DNA of 64,000 nucleotides. Origin: Macrostomum lignano (lineage: Eukaryota). The position numbers were made by a program, and so were the translations under genes. Each line of letters starts with the position of its first letter. Position 1 is the first letter of the stretch. Positions 34,285 through 46,050 of this stretch are shown in pieces. The notes beneath the pieces are model-generated. The model worked only from the letters and a program-made list of their open reading frames with translations. It was not told the DNA's origin and made no database searches. The DNA lies in assembly GCA_002269645.1 (NCBI GenBank), contig NIVC01001272.1:186001-250000 (forward strand). The letters are read 5' to 3'.

Positions 34285-36332
34285 TTAATGCAATGATTGT
34301 TTGCGGTCTCTCACTCTTGGGTATTTTATATGCGTTGTTGCAAAGCTATTGCAATGACCATTCTGACTCACCGACCCCTGCATCAGCTGCTCGACCTTCT
34401 CTCTCGTGCCCTGGTGGTCACAAATGGCTCGCCTGTGTCTCTGAACCAGTTGGACAAGCAGGTCGCAGTCCTCGCAAAGCTCAAGAGTTACAAGCAGCTC
34501 CTGAACGTCTGGACTCGCACAGCGGAGAGTTTCTTCAAACCACAGTTCAAGTTCCACATCGTGATCTAGGTAGAGTCTGAGAGCTTTCAGCAGCGCATCA
34601 AAGTTCACGTAGTACCAGTCGAACTGGCCACAGCTCAATGAGAAATGCTGCCTGAATTTGGCTGGCAGAAATGACAGAACGGGCGGCTTGTCGGCTTGAA
34701 TCAGGAGCTTCCAAACCGAACTGGATCTTTCCAGGTGCTGCCACACCGCCAACTCAGACTCTGCGTCAGTGGCGCGCACCTTCCAGCGTGACAGTCCTCG
34801 GCTGACCTGATGATAGCGGAACGAGCGCAAGACCCTTCGCGCCGCGTAGCGCATTTCGAATTTCAAGTAGATCAGCGCGAAGAGGCAGTACTTCGGACAT
34901 GCAGCGTAGTTGGGAACTCTGCGAGCCAGTTTCATCATGACCTTTTTGTCTTCTTCGCGGCACTCTTCATGAGCCAAGTTCAGCAGAACGGACCGGATCG
35001 CGTCATACACATCGTGGAACTGCAGGTTTGATGCCATCGGAACTGGCCTCGGGATCAAAACTGGCAGCACCAGGAACGGATGAAAGCTAAAGTTTTTCGC
35101 ATCCTCCAGTGGTCGCAGCGTTTCGTAAAAACACGACACAACTTCTGACAGCTTTTCGATGATGTCCTTCACAACATCTGAAATCAGCTTCTTTCCACTG
35201 TGGCGCTTCTTTAAATACACCCAGGCATCTCTCATGAAGAAGTGCTTCATGCACTTGTCCGCATCTGAAATATCCTTGTCCAGCAGACACCGCAACAGAA
35301 TCGAAAGTGCTCGTTTCGCCAGACTGATTAGGTTTTCGGACTGCCAGTGAGTAGCAGGCGTCTCATCCAGCAGGTAAAACATCAGACTCTTGGCTATGTA
35401 GGTCTTGAGTCCATTGGCTCGGGCTGAAATCACTTTCTTAATGATGAACTTGATAAGCACGAACACGTGTCCCTGCTCAGTTGTCAGGCTTCTGAGCAGC
35501 CTTCGTTCCAGGAAGGTGGTGCTGATCCTCAGCTGCTGCCCGTCCTTGCTGGGGGGAGCCGCTGCCACCAGGTGACATGGAGACTCCAGCATCTCCTGCC
35601 TCAGGCTCTGCAGCACTGATGGCGCAATGTGAGTACTGTATCCTGGCTGCAGCACTTCCAGTTTTGGATAGCAACAGCAGCGGAACGCCCACACAAGATC
35701 GACTGCCGGTCTGACCTCCGACCCGGCCCAGGTCTGCGACGGATTCGACGCTGTTTGGCGCGAAATTGTTAGTGGGTGAGCTTTTAGGAAAATGATCTTT
35801 TTAGCAAAATGCTGCGTTTGGTAAAATGATACAAAGGAGGGTGCACAAGTGAAAATGAAAATCACAGGTTCCAGCCAATATCCTCTTACGCGATCCAGGC
35901 CACTTAATGTGCCCGTCCTCATATTCAACTACCCTGTGTCGTTCTTCATCGAAGCTGCAGTTGATGCAGCTGCAGCTGCCTTTGAGATGAAAGAGCATCC
36001 CTTTCGCAACGAAGCAGACGTCGATGTCGGAGTCTGCGTCCGTTTGGCCATCCAACCGAACCAGACTGTTGGACCAGCCTTCACTGTAGCTCCCGACGAT
36101 GTACACTTCGTAGTCATTGTACTCCTGAGCGTCCAGGCGGTTTCTGATGATGCGCTGCAGGACATCAGAACATGCGGATTGCAGTTTCACACGATTCAGC
36201 TCAAATCCGGACTCCTTCAGGGCTCTGTGCAGCTGAGCACTTTTGTGGTTCTCTGTCAAACTTTCTGGTTCATCTTCCACAGCCTCCATATCGATGAGGA
36301 CCTCGCGCAGGCTGTTTGAGTCGGGCTGCTCA
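34285..36332 (-). CDS. Mab-21/cGAS-like nucleotidyltransferase (cGLR1) exons; predicted 3' part of the ANK-cGLR1 fusion gene
   Basis: GSYSEGW..DSDIDV, third acid in RPAVDLV, helical lobe GLKTYIAKSLMFYLL..W..L..MKHFFM. A 139-bp phase-1 intron (35889..35751, GTAAGA..CACTAAC..CAG) joins ORFs 35801..36289 and 34285..35928. Confidence 0.88.
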
Positions 36333-37985
36333 CTGTACGTTTTGGTGAGTTACAGTGGCTCATTTAGTTGTACCATTTTAGCAATTAATTATTACTAATA
36401 GAAGCAACACAATTTTTAGACTATATGATTAATAGACCCAGAGACTAACAATAGTATTTGCAGTGATATCAATGGTTGACAGGGTGCACTCGTATTGCTC
36501 GTGCGCTCTTACACGAGGGGATTCACGCAAAACGACTGACGTGGGAGAATACTGGAAACCTGCCAGCTGAGAGGACTTGAATTGAATGAATGCGAGGGCA
36601 ATCCAATCTTGGCAACAATGCATGCATGATTTAACCACATTTCAAATTTCACATTTCAAACATAACATTTTTTGCATTTTACATTCGCATTCATTACATT
36701 GAATACAATTTATCTCGGAAGTATTATTAAGGTTAGGAATAAGCGTACTATGATGATTTAACCATTTGGCATTCAGAATGAAATCATCATGGATCATTTT
36801 TCACAGTTACGAGCTGGCTCAGTCAGAAAAAAATCAAAATGTATCAGAGTTACGCCCTGTCTATGTGAGTTTTTCTGTTGCATATTTTAAAACTACGCGT
36901 ATATATTTTGCATGAAACAGAACCCACTGCTTTCTATAACAAAAGCTGTTGATCAGAGAACGTTAATTGAATTTGTATAACAATTTGGTTCCTTGTTAGC
37001 GTCTAATAGGGTATCTATGAGGATTGATCGTCGAAATTTTGGACTGAGATTCAACTGTAAATAACTGTTTTAGAAGAAGCAATTCATACACTAATAGAGC
37101 GGCATATGAGCTCATAATCGGCAGTTAACCATGCATTACCTTTCATATCCTTGAGACTGGAAATGTTGGTGAAACTGATAGAAGCTGTTGTTGTCTTCTT
37201 TAAGGCAGAAAAAGCTACATTGCAGGTCATCTACCAAGATAGAGTTTGTAACCAAAGTCTGCCACGTCTTAGACCGTCTGTGCTGATTGAGGAGGACGGA
37301 CGTCTCATGATGAAAGAGAGAGAATGCTTGCAGAAAACTTGTGAATGAATATTCCAAACCGCCATTGAGGATATCCTACATGTTGTTCATGATCTGCAAC
37401 GAGTAATAAGCTTGTCTGCTCGGTGGGTCCCAACACCAGGGCAGAGCACGACCGCATGTGCCGGTGAGGAACAAAAAGCATCTGGTCAGGACCGAGTGGT
37501 AATCCAGCCTTATTTGACACCGATTGCAGGCTTGTGAAGACTGTTTAATGCTTGCAAGAGGTTCTAATGAGAGAGCTGGAGACGGTGTTGAAAAGTATCT
37601 GCGGTTTTATTCTAAACTTTCGTTGCTCTGTTGTAAGAAATAGCATCAACCATGCGTTTTACCGGACAAATCTTGTGTTATAAATGTATAGTATAGTTTA
37701 AAAGGTAACGTCAATTTTCTTTTACGCTGCTGTTAGTAGTTTAGGTTTCGGAAATATCAGAAGATGGATTAGTTAAGGCTTTGCAGGATTTCCTATAACC
37801 ACAAGTAAAGAGCAGTTGGGCTCCCAGGGTTACATCTCGAAGACCTCTGCCAGTCTTATTACCAGCAAGGGCATATTTCGAATATTCGAGATTTAAATCG
37901 GCTACAGAGTATCTTTATTGTGCGTAAAGAGAAACGAGTGCACTCTTCTGTATAGACCGACTCATCACTGACATCACGCAAACGC

Positions 37986-38873
37986 TTACCGCTCTTCGGG
38001 CAAAGACGTGCTGCGAGACTGAGCTGCAGGAACAAGCGAATTCTTGAATCGCTGCAGCCTCTCGTTGGTCTTCTCGTGCCGGATTCCGAGCTCCCTGGCG
38101 TGAGTCGCATGCTTGAGAAGCAGCTGCAAGACCTCGCAATGCCCGAAATGACAGGCGATGGCAGCGGCGCTAAGCCCGCACCTGTTGAGATCGCCGAGCC
38201 CGCAGCCGAGCTGCAGCAGAGTCTGGGCGGCGGCCTCGTGCCCCATCGCTGCCGCAGCGTGCAGCGGCGTCGACCCGTCGCTGGCCAGCGAGTCGGCGGC
38301 GACTCCCGCCCGGACGAGCAGCTCAATGGCGACCCGCTGGCCGTGGAGAGCCGCGGAGTGCAGCGGGGTCTGGCCGCGCGCATTCCTGGCGCTCGGATCC
38401 GCGCCTGCCAGCAGCAGAGCAGCGAGCACGAGCTGCTGCCTGAGCTGAGCAGCCAGGTGCACCGGCGAGTCTCCGTCTGCGAGCTGCTGGTCGCAGTCGG
38501 CCTGCCGGCTCAGCAGCTGCACGACTTCGAGGTGGCCGTTCCGCGAGGCGAGGTGCAGCGCCGAGGAGCTGGACTTCGTCACCAGGCTGGTGTCGGCCTC
38601 GGACTCGAGCAGCAGCCGGACCGCATCCCGGTGACCGTGCATCGAGGCCAGGTGCAGAGCGGTCGCCCCGCTGCTGTCCTGAGCGTCCAGCTGAGCTCCG
38701 GCCTCGATGAGAAGCCTCGCCACCCTGGACTGGCCTCGCTCGGCTGCCCAGTGCAGCGCCGTCCGCTGCCGGTCGTCAGCGACGTCCGGACTGACGCTGC
38801 TCCGTAGAAACTGCCGCACCTTGCCGACTCTGCCGTCCATGGCGGCGCTCTTCAGCTCCGGGAGCAGGTTCAT
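37986..38873 (-). CDS. Ankyrin-repeat exon (about 8 repeats); predicted first coding exon of ANK-cGLR1
   Basis: TALH/TPLH repeats. The apparent stop lies inside a consensus donor GAGCG|GTAAGC (phase 2, GT at 37989). Confidence 0.9.
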   Translation of the reverse strand: MNLLPELKSAAMDGRVGKVRQFLRSSVSPDVADDRQRTALHWAAERGQSRVARLLIEAGAQLDAQDSSGATALHLASMHGHRDAVRLLLESEADTSLVTKSSSSALHLASRNGHLEVVQLLSRQADCDQQLADGDSPVHLAAQLRQQLVLAALLLAGADPSARNARGQTPLHSAALHGQRVAIELLVRAGVAADSLASDGSTPLHAAAAMGHEAAAQTLLQLGCGLGDLNRCGLSAAAIACHFGHCEVLQLLLKHATHARELGIRHEKTNERLQRFKNSLVPAAQSRSTSLPEER

Positions 38874-39719
38874 TTCGCTGGCAATGCCGAGCCTTACCGA
38901 CCTTGGGCTGAGAGTTATTCGTCTTTCGCTTTAAGAAAGCTATATAGATAGAAAGTTCACCAGATCAAAAATTTGATTTTAAACTTTTGAATATAAACGG
39001 ATTTGAGGTGGCACAAGTGGCTGGCCTGATTAAAAATTGATAAGAAGATTGCGGCGCAAGGTGCCAGCTAGCACCTCGTGAGTTACAAGATTCTTGTGGA
39101 AACAACATTTACCGATGAATCTTGTAGATGTTTTAAACAATGCAAGTTAGCGAAGCAGATGAAATTCAGCGCTTGTCATTTCCGGTGTCATTTCAGTATG
39201 CAGCATGTAGTGCCTGTGCATGTATACAACGGCCCTCAATTATCTCATCATCGAAATTAGTGATGTAAACACCGTGTGCGATGGGCCTCTTGGATGAAAT
39301 ATGATTGTAGGAAAAATTATCGCTACAAAGCATAGTGTACATAGCAAATTTTACATAGCTAAGAGTACATAGCAGATTGTACATGACAGATCGTGTTCTT
39401 CATTGCCTTCGCTTGTCCATTTTAACCTTCGTCCGTCCCTCAACCCATGTTTGCTCGAGTGTACAGTATCTAATTGAACCGTTATGAAGTTTTTAATAAA
39501 GTTGCTTTCTTCTGAAATACTCAAACAATCAAAAGTATTCTTGTTATAAAACCGCTCAAATCTCACAATTTAAAAAAATACTTGGTTGCAAACTCTGTGT
39601 TTCAACAGGAGCAACCCTTTCTTTTCCTAACACATGCATATCCTTGATGTACTACTCAGAAAAAAGCTACGAGCTAAGTAGTATGCCGTGTATGTAGTGA
39701 AGAGTTCGCTTTAGCACAC

Positions 39720-39755
39720 TAGAGAGAGGGAGTGAAAGGAGAGAGAGAAAGAGGA

Positions 39756-39820
<65 letters not shown>
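39720..39820. repeat. (AG)n microsatellite
   Basis: Direct reading. Confidence 0.95.
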
Positions 39821-39824
<4 letters not shown>

Positions 39825-41796
39825 TGGTCTAGTGTCTAAACGCTCGAACTCCCACTTCCAGACCCTAAGCCTGGGAACAAAAATGTAGTGCACTTACTGT
39901 TGCGGGCTCCTCTTCTTCGTCGGGCAGGTTCTCCGAGCTCGTTCCTTGTTTCTTCTTCTTTGTTGCGCGCGTGTCTAAAACTTGCTTCTTCCAATCTTCT
40001 TCTCCGGAGGAATCTTCTTGAAGTCTAGAATCGGCCGAAAGTGAGAGCGTAACAATAAAATCGACGTCGCAGTATTTCCTCGAGTGGAGAATAAATAATA
40101 TCAACGATGCGCCCTAATAACAAAATCAACTTCTATAATAACGCGAGGTCCTCCAAAAGGGCGTCTTCTTTTAAAACTAACGGAATCGGAGTATTGTACT
40201 CCTATCGGTTAATCTAGGATAACCAAAATCAATAAATCAATAATCCTCTAAGGGTATCGGAATCGGTCCGCAGATCCTATCCAATCCCTTAGGAAAATGG
40301 GAGGCCTCAAACTCAATAGACTCAATAAAATCAACTGAACAGTAACGGCCGGCAATAACAATCGCTCTCAATAATCAAAAATAACGAAGACTTGAACAAA
40401 GCTTACCAATTGGTGTTTATCTCTTCCTCGGAGATATAGCCTCGTTGGCTGCTCTTGCAAAGCCCGAGATCTTTGGAGGCTGCTCCGAGTCTGAGATTTA
40501 AGCTCGAATTTTGCTTTTGTATTTATACACAATTTGTCGGCCTTGAGTCGACCTTGAGCTCAAAACCGGTTGTTTGATAAGTTCACGAAAGGAATTTTAT
40601 TATTTGACAGGTGGGGTTTTTGAATAGAAAGGGGTGAGACTTAAGTCACATTCAGGTTAACATTTACCATATTTGGAAGTTCTAAAAATAGATGTCGAGA
40701 ACCGGTTTTTTCGAACAATAGCATAGCCACTCGCGGTTTGCGTGATATTACTGGTATTACTAAAAATAGAGTATGACACATAGCTATTTTTTAATTTGTA
40801 TTCATAACTTTATGTTACTACTTTTAGTAGGCTACTGTGTTTGGAGATCTCTACAGTAGTAGTCACAGCTCTAATAAAGTCTGGTCCAAATGGCTTTCTT
40901 TACCCCTGCTTATATATTTATAACCCACGTCACTTTTAAGATCTGTTTAAAGCATTATATATTATTGATTATTTATACGAATGAAACTATACTGTAAAAC
41001 TGCAATGGTTGTAAGCTACTGTAGAACTGTAGGAGAGCTGTCATCATATAATTATATAAAGACTATAAAATATACGAATCTATAATAACTATATTGTAAC
41101 AGCTAAAACCCTAAGACTACTCCCGCAGAAAGAAGATATTTGAGGTTGAGGTTGCCCGACCTGCTGTCGACACTCCTGCTCCCTACTATCTCTCTGTTCC
41201 TTGACTGAGCCAAAGAAGCCAGCTCTGTCAGTACCAGTGAGGCTTGCTTGGAGAGCTAGCTATGAGCTAGAAGCGCAGTGCTCATGCACAGTTGAAGTTT
41301 GGTTCCTAGTTGTGGCTGTCAACTGTAGAAATAACCATAAGCCATTTTTACTGGACAACTGTTTTTGCTACTGCGTCGGAACGGAGCAATGCAGGCACAC
41401 ACAATTCCAGGACTCAAGCTACCCTTTTGTTGCGCACCTTCTTAAACAATCAAGTCGATAGCCTTCTGGACCATCGAGGGATTTGAAGATTCTTCAGATT
41501 TTCTTCGGAGATCGTATTTTTCCCATAAGCGCCAGTGTATTGAATGCACCCCTGTGCGGCAATCAGCACTGCACCTCAGTGCAGCCTTTCCAAGCCTTCA
41601 AATTTCATTAGGACATCGACCAAAATTAAATATGTCTGCATCAGCTCTGACTTCTTTGGTCAATTTGGTCAATTTGGTCAATTTCAGGTGTCACACAAAT
41701 CGATGAAAAGAGTCTAAAAAACCAGGCTAGCGGAAAGAGGCTGGGCGTCGAGTGAGGGCTGCCAGTGCGAGGATGATTCACTAAAAAAACCCAATT

Positions 41797-42066
41797 GGGC
41801 CAGATGTGCAACCGACAGCTCAGCCGCAGCTATTGTGTGGCGCATCTGAAGGCTGCGTACGGTTGTTCAGTCCAAGGGCTGGGGGTCGCCACACAACCTC
41901 AATTATCGCAGTTAATGCTGGCTCCCATTTTACAGCTGGTTGAACTGAAGCAATACAGAGTTAAGTGTCTTGCTCTCAAGGACACAAGTGTTTAAGTTGA
42001 CCAAGAATCAAACCCCCGACCTTCAAGTCGTGATTCCGACGCTCTGTTCACTATAGGCTACAACCT
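41797..42066 (-). mobile_element. tRNA-derived SINE, copy D
   Basis: Close match to copy A over about 270 bp. Confidence 0.85.
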
Positions 42067-42121
42067 ACGTACAACCCCAATATTTACCAAGAACAGAAAA
42101 AGCACAGCTACTTGCTTCATT

Positions 42122-42452
42122 TGCCTCTGACAGCGCCGCCTGCTGTCACAGAGATCAGGGAAGGAAGTGATCATAGTCAAGAGATTTACTACAAGTTCAC
42201 AGACGTGTACAGTGTGGTGCACCAGTGTGTGAGCGAGCTGCAGTCGGAATCGAGCGACAGAGACACTCTGATGAGGCAGCTCAGTCTTCTGCATGAGCTG
42301 AAGTGATGCAAGTGCGCCGATCTGTGCATGACCGCCATATGGCGCATTTGAAGTTCGGAGAATCTGAGGAGGCTGAGAGACTCGCGATGGAGCTGCAGAG
42401 ACATCAGGTTGAGTCAGGGTTGAAGCCACTAGATATTCGAAAAAAGAAATAT
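42122..42452 (+). pseudogene. Fragment of a cGLR2-type C-terminal region with a nonsense mutation and a frameshift
   Basis: Aligns to about 55506-55830. TGG>TGA at 42304-42306 and a 2-nt insertion (CCATATGG vs CCATGG) near 42337. Confidence 0.9.
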
Positions 42453-42774
42453 TGGATAACCAAAATGTGCGTGCATTTACAAGCAGCGGTTTGTCAGATA
42501 AAAATGACACAGTGAGAAATTCGGTCAGTCAGCAGGCACAGCTGTAACACCTTGAGTCTCGTGTGCCTAACAGGCACCAACACCGCCAATGAATATGGCT
42601 AGACTATGACTATAGCAGGAACCGCTCTGTTTTGGGACAAAAACTGTGTACAAACTCCCTTTAGGATTCCCCTGTGCTTGAGAGATGCACCTTGTTCGTG
42701 TCATCAAAATAAAAAAACTGCATCAGACATGATTTTTTAACAAAATGGCTGAAAAGGCTGAGCTGGGCACACTG

Positions 42775-43882
42775 CCTCAGCACCGAGTCTTCACCATCAC
42801 TGACGCCCTGACTGGCAGCCTCAGCACCGAGTCTTCACCATCACTGACGCCCTGACTGGCAGCCTCAGCACCGAGTCTTCACCATCACTGACGCCCTGAC
42901 TGGCAGCCTCAGCACCGAGTCTTCACCATCACTGACGCCCTGACTGCATGGCAGCCTCAGCACTGAGTCTTCACCATCACTGACGCCCTGACTGACAGCC
43001 TCAGCACCGAGTCTTCACCATCACTGACGCCCTGACTGGCAGCCTCAGCACCGAGTCTTCACCATCACTGACGCCCTGACTGACAGCCTCAGCACCGAGT
43101 CTTCACCATCACTGACGCCCTGACTGACAGCCTCAGCACCGAGTCTTCACCATCACTGACGCCCTGACTGACAGCCTCAGCACCGAGTCTTCACCATCAC
43201 TGACGCCCTGACTGACAGCCTCAGCACCGAGTCTTCACCATCACTGACGCCCTGACTGGCAGCCTCAGCACCGAGTCTTCACCATCACTGACGCCCTGAC
43301 TGACAGCCTCAGCACCGAGTCTTCACCATCACTGACGCCCTGACTGACAGCCTCAGCACCGAGTCTTCACCATCACTGACGCCCTGACTGGCAGCCTCAG
43401 CACCGAGTCTTCACCATCACTGACGCCCTGACTGCATGGCAGCCTCAGCACTGAGTCTTCACCATCACTGACGCCCTGACTGGCAGCCTCAACACCGAGT
43501 CTTCACCATCACTGACGCCCTGACTGCATGGCAGCCTCAGCACCGAGTCTTCACCATCACTGACGCCCTGACTGGCAGCCTCAGCACCGAGTCTTCACCA
43601 TCACTGACGCCCTGACTGGCAGCCTCAGCACCGAGTCTTCACCATCACTGACGCTCTGACTGGCAGCCTCAGCACCGAGTCTTCACCATCACTGACGCCC
43701 TGACTGGCAGCCTCAGCACCGAGTCTTCACCATCACTGACGCCCTGACTGGCAGCCTCAGCACCGAGTCTTCACCATCACTGACGCTCTGACTGGCAGCC
43801 TCAGCACCGAGTCTTCACCATCACTGACGCCCTGACTGGCAGCCTCAGCACCGAGTCTTTACCATCACTGACGCCCTGACTT
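42775..43882. repeat. 44-bp minisatellite (GGCAGCCTCAGCACCGAGTCTTCACCATCACTGACGCCCTGACT), about 25 copies
   Basis: CACCGAGTCT at 42781, 42825 and so on. Confidence 0.96.
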
Positions 43883-44274
43883 GGCAATCGTCAGCCATTC
43901 AGAAGGTTTTTAAACTACATGAGCCAGGCTGCAGTGAAGGTGCAGCAGGAAAAAGGCGTCATGGCTGCAGAGGCTGCTTGGCTGGGCTGCTGAGGCCGGA
44001 GTTCTGAGAGCCGCGCTGAGTGCTGCCTCTGAGCGGCGGTCCTCTGCGGCCTGTCCTGGCGGGGTCGCCAGAAGGGAAGCTCAAAATTTCAGTGGGGCCG
44101 CAGCAGCCCCTCAGCTCAGCCCAGTGGATTCGCCCCTGCTGCAAAATGGCCGAGTGCCGCACTGCTCAACCTCAAACTGCAGCAGGAGCGGAAAATGGTT
44201 AAAATTTTAAGATTGAGTTTTTAGAACAGTAAATATAATTTCTTTGAAATTCACCGTCGCACAAAAACTGAACC

Positions 44275-45178
44275 CGTGCTCAGTTTCCAATAAAACAGGT
44301 GCTCAGTTTCCAATAAAACAGGTGCTCAGTTTCCAACAAAACATGTGCTCAGTTTCCAATAAAACAGGTGCTCAGTTTCCAATAAAACAGGTGCTCAGTT
44401 TCCAACAAAACAGGTGCTCAGTTTCCAATAAAACAGGTGTTCAGTTTCCAATAAAACAGGTGCTCAGTTTCCAATAAAACAGGTGCTCAGTTTCCAATAA
44501 AACAGGTGCTCAGTTTCCAACAAAACAGGTGCTCAGTTTCCAACAAAACAGGTGCTCAGTTTCCAATAAAACAGGTGTTCAGTTTCCAATAAAACAGGTG
44601 TTCAGTTTCCAATAAAACAGGTGCTCAGTTTCCAATAAAACAGGTGCTCAGTTTCCAACAAAACAGGTGCTCAGTTTCCAACAAAACAGGTGCTCAGTTT
44701 CCAATAAAACAGGTGTTCAGTTTCCAATAAAACAGGTGTTCAGTTTCCAATAAAACAGGTGCTCAGTTTCCAATAAAACAGGTGCTCAGTTTCCAATAAA
44801 ACAGGTGCTCAGTTTCCAACAAAACAGGTGCTCAGTTTCCAATGAAACACAGGTGCTCAGTTTCCAATAAAACAGGTGCTCAGTTTCCAATAAAACAGGT
44901 GCTCAGTTTCCAATAAAACAGGTGCTCAGTTTCCAATAAAACAGGTGCTCAGTTTCCAATAAAACAGGTGCTCAGTTTCCAATAAAACACAGGTGCTCAG
45001 TTTCCAATAAAACACAGGTGCTCAGTTTCCAATAAAACACAGGTGCTCAGTTTCCAATAAAACAGGTGCTCAGTTTCCAATAAAACAGGTGCTCAGTTTC
45101 CAATAAAACACAGGTGCTCAGTTTCCAATAAAACAGGTGCTCAGTTTCCAATAAAACACAGGTGCTCAGTTTCCAATA
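44275..45178. repeat. 23-bp minisatellite (CAGGTGCTCAGTTTCCAATAAAA)
   Basis: Direct reading; 25-bp variants toward the 3' end. Confidence 0.96.
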
Positions 45179-45189
45179 ATTCGGTTATT

Positions 45190-46050
45190 CGGTTTTTCTG
45201 GGCTGGGCAATCAATAGTTGGGACACCCTGCACAATACTGACGCGTGCTTCAGTTGTTACGGCCACCCCCCGTTGACCAGCTTCTACATGACCACTGTGA
45301 AGTGCACTTTGCTGTTTCTGCCTCGAAGTTGACAATGTTATGTGGCGCTCGAGGGCATTGGCACTGAACTGCCCTGTGATCGCTGCTATGTCGCCGTGCT
45401 CAATGCCAGCCTCATGCAGTTCTGTGGCGCACATCTTGAGCAGGCTCCGCTTTCAAAATTTTCGGTTGCTTGTTAATATTGTACCTTTCAACCTTCCTTG
45501 ATTCGCCTTCGTTCTGCTCTTTGCACACCAGGCACTCGTCCACTCGAGACCTCCTCGCAATCCAGAATGTTTCCCAATCAGCCACACAAGTACACGCACC
45601 TAATGGTCCTCAAAAGATCGCTCCGGATGATTGACTCCCAGGACGCCATTCATCCACAGATAATCTTCGATGGGTCTGGATATCGGTGCAGAGGCCGCTT
45701 TCCTGTTTTCATCAAACTCAACATCTTCTGTCCAGACGCACCACTGCCTGTCGGAAACGTATCGCATGTGGTGTTGCACCGATGAGAAAAAATCCTTCAG
45801 AGTTCCTGCCGAGTATCGCTCGTTGTGCTTGGTGCTCACCTCCAATATAAACATTTTTCAAGCCAATCGCAATCCGACTTGCTGAATTCGTCCATGTCTT
45901 TCACTACCATGAGTGATGGACCGCCGCCAGATAGCCCAGGTCTGCTTGTTGATTGCATGCCATTTGACCTTTAACGTATTAGCCAGAATCGTTCCGCTGA
46001 TGCTGTTGAATTGTGCATCAAACACATCCTCGGTTTCACTGGCCATAAGC
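45190..46050 (-). mobile_element. Degenerate Crypton-type tyrosine recombinase (DUF3504-like) remnant
   Basis: Across frameshifts: FILEVSTKHNERYSAGTLKDFFSSVQHH..EFDENRK, EDYLWMNGVLG..HP, VWLIGKHSGLRGG, CATELHEAGIE..I.AITGQ.S..ALERH..LS..RQKQQS. Confidence 0.72.

Noticed and set aside
35751-35928. Apparent frameshift or pseudogenisation between the two cGLR1 ORFs
   Set aside because: Explained by a canonical 139-bp phase-1 intron with a CACTAAC branch point, at the same position as the cGLR2 intron.
33756-36289. Bacterial CBASS-like operon (CD-NTase plus adjacent TM effector) or recent horizontal transfer
   Set aside because: The NTase has spliceosomal introns and a Mab-21-type helical lobe; the TTG-started downstream ORF is better explained as a spliced exon or UTR.
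37151-37520. Protein-like broken ORF on + strand inside the ANK-cGLR1 intron
   Set aside because: Interrupted by a stop, no recognisable family and no splice model; cannot be supported.
38076-38807. 243-aa + strand ORF antisense to the ankyrin exon, and similar antisense ORFs over NRDE2, cGLR1 and RBM34
   Set aside because: Expected shadow ORFs of GC-rich coding sequence; no recognisable motifs.
40667-40676. CArG box CCATATTTGG as a regulatory site
   Set aside because: A single 10-mer in AT-rich DNA is expected by chance; no supporting context.
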